The translations under genes were made by a program, and so were the position numbers. This document shows, in pieces, positions 9,423 through 17,810 of a stretch of DNA of 64,000 bases. The DNA comes from an uncultured Actinomycetota bacterium (GTDB taxonomy: Bacteria > Actinomycetota > Actinomycetes > Propionibacteriales > Nocardioidaceae). The stretch covers positions 436,692 through 500,691 of the forward strand of contig CAVUNI010000003.1 in the NCBI GenBank assembly GCA_963742785.1, written 5' to 3'. The stretch's first letter is position 1, and the number at the start of each line of letters is the position of its first letter. The notes beneath the pieces were generated by a model. The model saw only the letters and a list, made by a program, of their open reading frames with translations, did not search any database and had not been told where the DNA came from.

Positions 9423-10451
9423 TCAGCCGAAGAAGACCTCGGCCTCGGCGTACTCCTCGGGGTCGACCAGCTTGAGCTCACCGGTGCCCTCGATCAGGGG
9501 CACCCGGACGATCTTGGTGCCCCGCAGCGCCATCATCTTCCCGAAGTCTCCGTCGTGGACGGCGTCGATCGCGTGCAGCCCGAAGCGCGTGGCCAGCCAC
9601 CGGTCGAACGCGGTCGGCGTGCCGCCGCGCTGGACGTGGCCGAGTACGACGGCCCGGGCCTCGCTGCCGGTGCGCTGCTCGATCTCGTGCGCCAGCCGGT
9701 CTCCGATGCCACCGAGACGTACGTGACCGAAGGCGTCCTTCTCGCCGGAGACGAGCGTCATGTCGCCACCCTCGACCGGGACGGCACCCTCGGAGACGAC
9801 CAGGATCGGCGCGTAGTGGCTCTGGAATCGCTGCTCGACCAGGGCACAGACGGCCTGGATGTCGAACGGCTTCTCCGGGATCAGCACCACGTTGGCGCCA
9901 CCTGCGAGGCCCGCGTGCAGCGCGATCCAGCCGGCGTGGCGGCCCATGACCTCGACCACCAGCACGCGGTGGTGCGACTCGGCCGTGGTGTGCAGCCGGT
10001 CGATCGCCTCCATCGCGATGTTGACCGCGGTGTCGAAGCCGAAGGTGAAGTCGGTGGCGTTGAGGTCGTTGTCGATCGTCTTGGGGACACCGACCACGTT
10101 GACGCCGAGGTCGTGCAGCCTGGTCGCCACTCCGAGCGTGTCCTCGCCTCCGATGGCCACCAGCGCCTCGACGTCGAGGTCGAGCAGGTTCTGCTTGATC
10201 TGCTCCACGCCGCCCTCGACCTTGAACGGGTTGGTGCGCGAGGAGCCGAGGATGGTGCCGCCCCGCGGGAGGATGCCGCGCACCTGGGGGATGCCGAGCT
10301 CGCTGGCCAGCCCCTCCAGCGGTCCCTTCCAGCCGTCGCGGAAGCCGACGAACTCATAGCCGTACTCCTTGACGCCCTTACGGACGACGGCCCGGATGAC
10401 CGCGTTCAGACCGGGGCAGTCGCCTCCTCCGGTGAGGACTCCGACGCGCAT
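9423..10451 (-). CDS. pfkA: 6-phosphofructokinase
   Basis: VLTGGGDCPGLNAVIR, GGTILGSSR, VPKTIDND, EVMGRHAGW, LGHVQRGG. Confidence 0.96.
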   Translation of the reverse strand: MRVGVLTGGGDCPGLNAVIRAVVRKGVKEYGYEFVGFRDGWKGPLEGLASELGIPQVRGILPRGGTILGSSRTNPFKVEGGVEQIKQNLLDLDVEALVAIGGEDTLGVATRLHDLGVNVVGVPKTIDNDLNATDFTFGFDTAVNIAMEAIDRLHTTAESHHRVLVVEVMGRHAGWIALHAGLAGGANVVLIPEKPFDIQAVCALVEQRFQSHYAPILVVSEGAVPVEGGDMTLVSGEKDAFGHVRLGGIGDRLAHEIEQRTGSEARAVVLGHVQRGGTPTAFDRWLATRFGLHAIDAVHDGDFGKMMALRGTKIVRVPLIEGTGELKLVDPEEYAEAEVFFG

Positions 10452-10584
10452 GGCGATCTCCTGATGAATGGGGACGGTGGGCGTTGCTGCCGATTTGAAC
10501 GATCACATGAAACCGTGAAGCCTTCCATGGCGTCCACCCCTCCCCCACACAGGCCGTGGATTTACCCGTCTAGTCTCTGGGCGC

Positions 10585-12072
10585 ATGAGCATCCTCGCGA
10601 TCGACGCAGGGACCACCGGCGTGACGGCGCTGGTGGTGACCCCCGAGGGCACCATCGCGGCCAAGGCCAACCAGGAGTTCCGGCAGCACTTCCCCAAACC
10701 GGGCTGGGTCGAGCACGCGCCCGAGGAGATCTGGCAGGCCACCCTCGAGGCGGTTCGCGACTGCCTGAAGTCCTGGGACGGCTCGAAGGACGACCTCAAG
10801 GGCATCGGGATCACCAACCAGCGCGAGACGGTGCTGCTCTGGGACCGCGAGACCCTGGGGTCCCCCCGACGCGCGATCGTGTGGCAGGACCGGCGTACGG
10901 CGGACATCTGCCGGCGGATGAGGGACGAGGGCCACGAGGAGAGGGTCACCGAGCTGACCGGACTCCGCCTCGATCCCTACTTCTCCGGCACCAAGCTGGT
11001 CTGGCTCGCCGAGAACGAGCCGAACACGTGGGCCCTGGTCAAGGACGGCCGCTACGCGATCGGCACCGTGGACTCCTACCTGATCGCGCGGATGACCCGC
11101 GGCACCTGGCACATCACCGACGTCTCCAACGCCTGCCGGACCCTGCTCTTCGACCTCGAGGCGGGCGAGTGGTCGGAGGAGCTCTGCGAGCTCTTCGACG
11201 TGCCGATGGATGCGCTGCCCGAGATCGTGCCCAACTGGGGTGAGCTCGCCACGACGGACCCCAAGAGCTTCCTCGACCTCGAGCTGCCGGTGGCCGGCAT
11301 CGCCGGCGACCAGCAGTCAGCCCTCTTCGGGCAGACCTGCTTCGACGTGGGCGACTCCAAGTGCACGTTCGGCACCGGCTCGTTCATCCTCACCAACACG
11401 GGCTCCGAGGTGGTGCGCTCCGACGCCGGCCTGCTCAGCACCGCAGCCTGGAAGTCGCCCGACGGCGAGCTGACCTACGCCCTCGAGGGTGCGATCTTCG
11501 TGACCGGGGCCGCGGTCCAGTGGCTCCGTGACGGTCTCCAGATCGTCGGCTCGGCCGCCGAGACGGCGGCGATCGCCGCGACCGTGGACGGCACCGACGG
11601 CGTGGTCTTCGTCCCGGCGCTCACTGGCCTCGGGGCTCCGCACTGGGACCCGCACGCGCGCGGCACGATCCTCGGGATCACTCGAGGTACGACGCGGGCG
11701 CACATCGTGCGGGCCACCCTCGAGGCGATCACCTTCGAGGTGCGCGACGTCACCGACACGATGCCGACCGAGCTGACGTCGCTGATGGTCGACGGCGGCG
11801 CGGCGGCCAACGACCTGCTCTGCCAGCTCCAGGCCGACCTCCTCGGCGTACCCGTGCAGCGACCGGAGATCGTCGAGACCACCGCCCTGGGCGCGGCCTT
11901 CATGGCCGGCCTCGGCACCGGCGTCTGGGAGTCGACCGACGACCTGCGAGCGACCTGGAAGCTGGACCACGAGTTCACACCTGACGAGTCGGACGAGGTC
12001 AAGGCGCGCACCGACGCGGCGTACGCACTGTGGCGCAAGGGCGTCGAGCGCTCCCGGGACTGGGCCGAGTAG
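10585..12072 (+). CDS. glpK: Glycerol kinase
   Basis: AIDAGTTG, GITNQRET, IVWQDRRT, GDQQSALFGQ, KCTFGTG, DGGAAAN, ETTALGAA. Confidence 0.95.
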   Translation: MSILAIDAGTTGVTALVVTPEGTIAAKANQEFRQHFPKPGWVEHAPEEIWQATLEAVRDCLKSWDGSKDDLKGIGITNQRETVLLWDRETLGSPRRAIVWQDRRTADICRRMRDEGHEERVTELTGLRLDPYFSGTKLVWLAENEPNTWALVKDGRYAIGTVDSYLIARMTRGTWHITDVSNACRTLLFDLEAGEWSEELCELFDVPMDALPEIVPNWGELATTDPKSFLDLELPVAGIAGDQQSALFGQTCFDVGDSKCTFGTGSFILTNTGSEVVRSDAGLLSTAAWKSPDGELTYALEGAIFVTGAAVQWLRDGLQIVGSAAETAAIAATVDGTDGVVFVPALTGLGAPHWDPHARGTILGITRGTTRAHIVRATLEAITFEVRDVTDTMPTELTSLMVDGGAAANDLLCQLQADLLGVPVQRPEIVETTALGAAFMAGLGTGVWESTDDLRATWKLDHEFTPDESDEVKARTDAAYALWRKGVERSRDWAE

Positions 12073-12076
12073 CAGC

Positions 12077-12132
12077 GTCATACGAAGTGGTTGCTCGAAC
12101 GACAGGTTGTCATGGCGACCAGTTCGTATGAC
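12077..12132. repeat. Palindromic REP-like or terminator hairpin between convergent glpK and the membrane-protein gene
   Basis: GTCATACGAAGTGGTTGC-N20-GCGACCAGTTCGTATGAC: 18-bp arms with 2 mismatches, lower GC than the surroundings. Confidence 0.6.
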
Positions 12133-12190
12133 GTTCCGGACGCTCGACGGCCCCGGACGAGCAGGTCTCCGTCCGGGGCCGTCGGCCCTG

Positions 12191-12880
12191 TCAGGCTCGC
12201 GGAGACCGCGTTCCGCGGGCCAGGTCCACGCCGAGGACCGTGAACAGCACGGCGGTGAGGGAGACGCCCCAGACCGTGACGCCGCTGCCGATGAAGGTGG
12301 CGGTGCCGGCGAGGGCGGCCGCGAAGGACCACCAGCGCACGACTCCAGCGCGCCACAGCCCGGCGACCGCAACGGGCATGCACAGCAGCAGGCCGATGAT
12401 GCCCGGCAAGGCGAAGAACGGCAGCGCCCACAGGGTCTCGTCCATGTGCTCGTGCAGCGAGGCGATGGCGTCCACGCCGTAGACCTGGCCGATCGAGGAG
12501 TCGTACCAGTCGACCGCGAGGATGCCGGGCAGGGTGGTCATGCCGACGAAGCCCAGGAAGGCGCCGATGTTGGCGAGGACGGAGCCCCTGCCCTTGACGT
12601 ACGCCGCGGCCATGAACGCCGTGACACCCCAGAGCGCGTAAGACCAGTGCAGCGTCAACGAGTGCCACTGCAGCGCGCCGGGGTTCTCGGTGTAGGCCTG
12701 GTTCATCTCCTGGCCGGTGCTGCCGGCGCCGGGGTCGGCGATGGTCGCGACCACCAGCAGGATGCCGGCGAGAATCGGCGATGCGACGAAGAAGCCGCGC
12801 CGCAGAGCGGCGGACCGGGTGCGCTTGGTGGCGGAGCGGGCCTCGACGAGGTCCGCGGGGGTGGTGGTGATGGCGGTCAT
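12191..12880 (-). CDS. Hypothetical membrane protein, likely target of the adjacent two-component system
   Basis: 229 aa with about 6 hydrophobic segments and high GC3, directly downstream of the response regulator. Confidence 0.7.
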   Translation of the reverse strand: MTAITTTPADLVEARSATKRTRSAALRRGFFVASPILAGILLVVATIADPGAGSTGQEMNQAYTENPGALQWHSLTLHWSYALWGVTAFMAAAYVKGRGSVLANIGAFLGFVGMTTLPGILAVDWYDSSIGQVYGVDAIASLHEHMDETLWALPFFALPGIIGLLLCMPVAVAGLWRAGVVRWWSFAAALAGTATFIGSGVTVWGVSLTAVLFTVLGVDLARGTRSPRA

Positions 12881-12967
12881 TTCGGTGCTCCCTCGGTGGT
12901 GGGTTGGTGTGCACCAGCCTTCCGGGGCTCCGTCTCAACCGGATCTGCCGCGAGGAGGATTCCTGCC

Positions 12968-13654
12968 TCAGTCGTACGACGGATCTTCGACCCGGTCACC
13001 GGGGGTCACGACGGCGTTCTCGTAGGCGAAGATCACCGCCTGCACGCGGTCACGCAGGCCCAGCTTGGTCAGCACGTTGCTCACGTGAGTCTTGGTGGTG
13101 CCCTCGGAGACGAACAGCTTGCTCGCGATGTCGAGGTTCGACAGCCCGCGTGCGAGGAGGCCGAGCACCTCGACCTCGCGTGGCGTGAGCTGTTCGAGTC
13201 GCGGCTCGTTCGGCGTCGCCGGTGGGGCCGGTCGCCGTACGAACGCGTCGATCACCCGTCGGGTCACTCCGGGCGCCAGCAACGACTCCCCCGCTGCCAC
13301 GACGCGGATGGCTGCGGCGAGCTCCTCGGCCGGAGCGTCCTTGAGCAGGAATCCGGAGGCGCCGGCACGCAGGGCCTCGAAGACGTACTCGTCGAGGTCG
13401 AAGGTCGTGAGCACCAGCACCTTGGTCTCCACTCCTGCCTCGACCAGCTGGCGGGTGGCGGCGATGCCGTCGAGAAGCGGCATCCGGATGTCCATCAGGG
13501 TCACGTCCGGCACGAGCTGCGAGACCATCTCGACGGCCTCCTCGCCGTTCGCGGCCTCGCCGACGATCTCGAAGTCCTCCTCACCGGCCAGCAGCGAGCG
13601 GAACCCGGCCCGCACCATGCCCTGGTCGTCGACGATCGCTACCCGGATGGTCAT
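12968..13654 (-). CDS. NarL/LuxR family response regulator
   Basis: IVDDQ, LMDIRMP, LTTFDLDEY, GFLLKD, LTPREVEVL...SEGTTKTHV. Confidence 0.95.
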   Translation of the reverse strand: MTIRVAIVDDQGMVRAGFRSLLAGEEDFEIVGEAANGEEAVEMVSQLVPDVTLMDIRMPLLDGIAATRQLVEAGVETKVLVLTTFDLDEYVFEALRAGASGFLLKDAPAEELAAAIRVVAAGESLLAPGVTRRVIDAFVRRPAPPATPNEPRLEQLTPREVEVLGLLARGLSNLDIASKLFVSEGTTKTHVSNVLTKLGLRDRVQAVIFAYENAVVTPGDRVEDPSYD

Positions 13655-14811
13655 GTCGTTGTCTCCTTCAGGGGCAGGCTGACGGCGAGGCGCACCCCAC
13701 CGGTGGATGACGGCACCAGCTCGACGGTGCCGCCGTAGAGCGCGACGCGTTCGCGGATGCCGACGAGGCCGTGGCCGCCCCCGTTGGACGACGCGCCGTT
13801 GGCGAACTTGCTGCGGGGCAGCCCGCGCCCGTTGTCCTCCACCTCGACCTCGAGCCGGTCGGGCGAGTACCTGACGAGCACGTCGGCCCGCGTTGCCTGC
13901 GCATGCCTGATGGCGTTGGTGAGACCCTCCTGCGCGATGCGGTACGCCGCCAGGTCGACGCCCGGACTGAGCGCCACCGGATCACCTTCGACCCGCAGGC
14001 GCACCTCCATGTCACCGGAACCCACCTTGCGCACCAAGCGGTCCAGCTCCCCCAGCCCTGGCTGGGGTGAGAGGTCGAGCTGCTGTCCCTCTGTGCGCAG
14101 CACGCCGAAGAGACGGCGCATCTCCGCCAGCGCCCCGCGGGCGGTCGCCTCGACTGCCGCGAGGTCGCGGGCCTCTGCGGCGTGCTCGGGGCCCAGTCGC
14201 CGGCGTACGGCCTGGGTCTGGATGGTCACCACGCTGATCGAGTGGGACACGATGTCGTGGAGCTCGCGGGCTATCCGGGTGCGTTCCTCGGCCGCCGCCT
14301 TCGCCGCTTCCAGCTCACGGTTGCGCTCCAGCTGCTCTGCGCGCGCGACTGCCTCGTCCGCGCTCGCGATGCGTCCCCGGGTGACGACGCCTACTGCCCA
14401 GGGCCCGGCGAAGAACACCATTCCAGCGGCCAGGTCACTCGGTTCGAAGCTCTGGATGATGCTCACGACCATGAACGGGATGAAGACGAGGCCCAGTCCG
14501 AGGTAGCTCCACGGCGGATCGTTCTCCGCGCCGACTGTGAAGGAGACCAGCACCAGCGAGAGCAGGGTGGTGAACTCGTTCTGGGGGTTGGAGATGACGT
14601 TGGACAGGATCACGATCCCCGCCACGACCAGAGAGGCTCGACGGCGCCAGGCCAGGGCGACCATCCCGATACCGGCCACGACAACGTGCTCGACGGGCTT
14701 GTCCACGTCGGAGCTGAACAGCGCCTCGGCCGTGGTCATCGCCAGGAACACGGCAGCGATGAGCGCGTCGAGGAGTGGTGGCTTCCAGTTCACGGAAAAG
14801 ACCGTAGTCAT
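13651..14811 (-). CDS. HisKA_3 sensor histidine kinase
   Basis: N-terminal TMs, ERTRIARELHDIVSH, YRIAQEGLTN, VEDNGRG, GHGLVGIRER; 4-bp overlap with the regulator. Confidence 0.93.
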   Translation of the reverse strand: MTTVFSVNWKPPLLDALIAAVFLAMTTAEALFSSDVDKPVEHVVVAGIGMVALAWRRRASLVVAGIVILSNVISNPQNEFTTLLSLVLVSFTVGAENDPPWSYLGLGLVFIPFMVVSIIQSFEPSDLAAGMVFFAGPWAVGVVTRGRIASADEAVARAEQLERNRELEAAKAAAEERTRIARELHDIVSHSISVVTIQTQAVRRRLGPEHAAEARDLAAVEATARGALAEMRRLFGVLRTEGQQLDLSPQPGLGELDRLVRKVGSGDMEVRLRVEGDPVALSPGVDLAAYRIAQEGLTNAIRHAQATRADVLVRYSPDRLEVEVEDNGRGLPRSKFANGASSNGGGHGLVGIRERVALYGGTVELVPSSTGGVRLAVSLPLKETTT

Positions 14812-14844
14812 TCGCGGCGCCGCGCACATCGGTCGCGCGACTGA

Positions 14845-14884
14845 GGTTTCGAGACGCTCGCTGGAGCTCGCTCCTCAACCACCG
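14845..14884 (+). repeat. REP-like element (GGTTTCGA...CTCAACC family with internal hairpin)
   Basis: ggtttcgagacgctcgctggagctcgctcctcaaccaccg has the same ends as the motifs at 34617-34642, 36483-36508 and 48744-48767. Confidence 0.6.
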
Positions 14885-14888
14885 AAGC

Positions 14889-15485
14889 TCAGCTCTCGCG
14901 GTGCGCGTCTGCCGCTGCCTGGATCTTCGCCACGAACGCCGTCCACCACGCCTCGTCGCCGATCTCGTCGTGGTCACTCCCTGGCCGTCCGTCGATCTCC
15001 TCGCGGAGGATGTCGGCGTGCCCCGCATGGTGCGCGGTCTCGGCGACCATGCGCACCAGCAGGTGGCCCAGCGTCGTCTCGCGCTTCTTCTCGGACCACC
15101 ACGACACGGACGCCGGAGCATCCAGCCCAAGCTCACGGACCGCGCCGTCGCAGTGAGCCCACGACTGCCGGTAGAGGTCGAGCAACCACTCCCGGCTCTC
15201 GTCTGGCTTCGCCCACATGTCTGCGCTGTCGTTGAACGCGTCCTCGTTGGTCCACGACAGGGCGATGCCGGAGGGTCTGCCCACGCAGTCGGCCAGGTAG
15301 CCGAGCTCGACGCTCAGGACGTGCTTGACCAGTCCGAGCAGGCTGGTCCCGGACGGCGTCATCGGCCGGCGCACGTCGTACTCGGACAGTCCGGTGAGGG
15401 TGTCCACGAGGTGCTCGCGTTCTTCCTGCAGGTAGTGGAGCAAGTCCTCGGTCACTGACGTGCGCTCAGTGCTGATCGGGTTCAT
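14889..15485 (-). CDS. DinB/DUF664 family protein, copy 1
   Basis: TPSGTSLLGLVKH, ETAHHAGHADILRE; start set at ATG 15485. Confidence 0.88.
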   Translation of the reverse strand: MNPISTERTSVTEDLLHYLQEEREHLVDTLTGLSEYDVRRPMTPSGTSLLGLVKHVLSVELGYLADCVGRPSGIALSWTNEDAFNDSADMWAKPDESREWLLDLYRQSWAHCDGAVRELGLDAPASVSWWSEKKRETTLGHLLVRMVAETAHHAGHADILREEIDGRPGSDHDEIGDEAWWTAFVAKIQAAADAHRES

Positions 15486-15511
15486 GGCCCCGACCCTAGG
15501 ACCGACCGGTG

Positions 15512-16102
15512 TCAGCGGTGGGCGTCCGCGGCCGCCTGGATCTTCGCCACGAACGCGGACCAGTGGTCTGCGTCGCCGACATCGTCGTGGTCGCGGCCTC
15601 CGCGTCCGTCGATGGACTCGCGCAGGATGTCGGCGTGACCTGCGTGGTGGGCGGTCTCGGCGAGCATGTGCACCACGATGTAGCCGAGCGTGGTCTCCTT
15701 GCGGCCCTCCGGCCACCAGGGCACGGTCGCCGGGGCGTCGAGCCCGAGCTCGCGGATGTTCTGGTCGCTGAAGGCCCAGGACCTGCGATAGAGGTCCAGC
15801 AGCATCTCGCGCGACTCGTCGGCCAGGGCGTACATGTCCTCCCCGGCCTCGTAGGCCTCCTCGTTGTCCCACGCGATCGGCTCGGGCCACGGTCGTCCCA
15901 CGCAGTCGCCGAAGTAGCCGATCTCCACGCTCGCGACGTGCTTGATCATGCCCAGGAGGCTGGTGCCGCTCGGTGTCATCGGGCGGCGGGCGTCGTAGTC
16001 ACTCACCCCGTCGAGCGTGCCGATCAGGTTCTCGCGCTCACGCTGCAGGTAGCGCAGCAGCAGCTCGGTGTGGGAGGGATGTGCGAAGTCCGAGAGAGTC
16101 AT
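15512..16102 (-). CDS. DinB/DUF664 family protein, copy 2
   Basis: TPSGTSLLGMIKH, ETAHHAGHADILRE; clear paralogue of the downstream gene. Confidence 0.88.
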   Translation of the reverse strand: MTLSDFAHPSHTELLLRYLQRERENLIGTLDGVSDYDARRPMTPSGTSLLGMIKHVASVEIGYFGDCVGRPWPEPIAWDNEEAYEAGEDMYALADESREMLLDLYRRSWAFSDQNIRELGLDAPATVPWWPEGRKETTLGYIVVHMLAETAHHAGHADILRESIDGRGGRDHDDVGDADHWSAFVAKIQAAADAHR

Positions 16103-16108
16103 GTGCCG

Positions 16109-16130
16109 ACCCTAGGACGGCCCACCGACA
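16109..16130 (-). promoter_or_regulatory. PafBC-type (RecA-NDp) DNA-damage promoter
   Basis: Minus strand reads TGTCGGTG-ggccgtcc-TAGGGT-6 nt-ATG, which fits tTGTCRgtg-N8-TAnnnT. Confidence 0.7.
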
Positions 16131-16160
16131 CACGTCGCGCGGTCATCTCGTGGCTCGAGC

Positions 16161-16343
16161 TCAGGCCGAGGCGAGCCTCCGGTCGGCCTGTACGTCGTCC
16201 CCGTAGATGCCCTTGGCGCGGAGGATCGGCTTGACGCCCTCGGCGAACCAGTACGCCTCCTCGACGTGCGGGTAGCCGGACAGGATGAACTCGTCGATGC
16301 CGATCCGGTGGTACTCATGCAGCCGGTCGACGACCTCCTTCAA
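16161..16343 (-). pseudogene. C-terminal remnant of an SsuD-like LLM flavin monooxygenase
   Basis: 60 aa with GIDEFILSGYPHVEEAYWFAEGVKP, typical of alkanesulfonate monooxygenase C-termini; no upstream portion present. Confidence 0.7.
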
Positions 16344-16405
16344 GTTGTTCAGTAGACAATTGCTCGTTTCGTGCGACAGATCACCGAAAAGCAGGCGTGC
16401 AGCTC

Positions 16406-17287
16406 TCAGTCGCGCAGCCTGGCCAGCTCCTCCTCGGCCGAGGCCCGGGAGGCACGAGCCTCGCTGAGCACCACCTTCGCGTCGTCGCGGGTGTCCTCGG
16501 CCTCCTCGAGGTCCTCGTCGACCTGGTCGACGTCGTCCTCGATCGCCGCGAGCCGTCGCCGCAGCTCGTCTGCCTCGCCCTGGAGCTGCAGCCGCCGGGC
16601 GTTGAGCTCCTCCACCGCACCCTCGGCCTCGGCCAGCTCCTGCTCCGCGGCGGTGACGTGCGCAGTGGCCTCTTCGAGCGCGTCCTCGGCCGCGGCGAGC
16701 TTCGCTCCCCCGTCGGGTACGACGTGCAGCGCGACCGGCTCGGAATCCTCGGCCTCGTCCTCCGTCGGCGTGGCACGCACGTCGATGGCCTCCGGCACGG
16801 CGACCACACCGTCGACGTCGAGCTCGGAGACCCCGGTCGACCTGAACGCGGTGACGATGCGCCCGGTGCGCACCACCTGGGCGGCCACTGGATCGAGCAT
16901 CGCGGCGGTGATCATGCCCTCCACCTGGTCGACCACCGGCCCGGTCAGCCGGACACCCGCGTCGCGGGCCAGGGACCTCGCCGACGACGCCAGCGCGCTG
17001 GTCAGCTGCCGGCGCTGCTTGGTCAACGCCCGCAGCTCGGCGCCGTCGAGCGCCTCGGCCGCGGCGCGCAGCTGCTCGGCCATCCCGAGCACGGAGTCGA
17101 TCTGCTCACTCTCGCGGCGGACGAGCAGGTTGACCGCCCATGCGGCGACCGACGGCTTCTTCAGCTTCTTGATCTGAGCGGCCAGCTCCTTGTCGCCGAC
17201 CTGCTTGGCGGCCTGGTTGCGCGCCTCGGTGAAGGCATCCACCGACCCGGCGTACAACGCGTCCGCGACAGCCACGAGCTCATCCAC
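16406..17287 (-). CDS. Hypothetical protein with acidic C-terminal coiled coil
   Basis: 293 aa, high GC3, LKKPSVAAWAVNLL motif, Glu/Ala-rich C-terminus; overlaps the upstream gene by 8 bp. Confidence 0.7.
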   Translation of the reverse strand: MDELVAVADALYAGSVDAFTEARNQAAKQVGDKELAAQIKKLKKPSVAAWAVNLLVRRESEQIDSVLGMAEQLRAAAEALDGAELRALTKQRRQLTSALASSARSLARDAGVRLTGPVVDQVEGMITAAMLDPVAAQVVRTGRIVTAFRSTGVSELDVDGVVAVPEAIDVRATPTEDEAEDSEPVALHVVPDGGAKLAAAEDALEEATAHVTAAEQELAEAEGAVEELNARRLQLQGEADELRRRLAAIEDDVDQVDEDLEEAEDTRDDAKVVLSEARASRASAEEELARLRD

Positions 17288-17735
17288 GGGAGACCTCCGT
17301 CAGCAACAGGTCGAGGGCTCCCGAGCAGGCACCGGACCGGATCGCCTGCCGGTCGCCGTCGAGCGCGAGACGCACGAACCTCACCGACCTCCGTCCGGCC
17401 AACCCGACGAACACGGTCCCCGCGGCCGCGCCTTCCTGGAGGTCCGGCCCGGCGACCCCCGTCGTGGCCAGGGCCCAGTCGACATCAAGGAGATCGCGCA
17501 CGCCGGTGGCCATCTGCACGGCGCACTCGGCGGAGATGATCTCGGTGGCCGTCACCCCGAGCAGGCGACGCTTGAGTTCCGTCGCGTAGGTGACCACCCC
17601 ACCCATAAAGGTCCCGGACGCTCCGGGCGTCGCACTCAACAGCGCGGCCAGCTCTCCGCCGGTCAGGGACTCGGCGCAGCCGACCGTCTCCCCGCGCGTG
17701 AGGAGCGCTGCATGCACCGCGGCCGGATCGGTCAT
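17280..17735 (-). CDS. cinA: CinA C-terminal domain / NMN amidohydrolase (PncC-like)
   Basis: VGCAESLTGG, PGASGTFMGGVVTY, ATTGVAGP, GTVFVG. Confidence 0.85.
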   Translation of the reverse strand: MTDPAAVHAALLTRGETVGCAESLTGGELAALLSATPGASGTFMGGVVTYATELKRRLLGVTATEIISAECAVQMATGVRDLLDVDWALATTGVAGPDLQEGAAAGTVFVGLAGRRSVRFVRLALDGDRQAIRSGACSGALDLLLTEVSRG

Positions 17736-17810
17736 GGTCCGACGCTAGCGTCGTCTCAGCCCGCCGCGCGACGGACGGCCCCCGACCCGCCGGGTCGCTA
17801 GCCTGCGGTC

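Noticed and set aside
15486-15512. PafBC motif for DUF664 copy 1
   Set aside because: The -10 is present but the 8-mer at N8 spacing is TGACACCG, not TGTCRGTG.
16406-17287. Hypothetical coiled-coil protein as a possible transposase or defence gene
   Set aside because: No DDE, HUH or nuclease motif and no flanking repeats; host-like codon usage.
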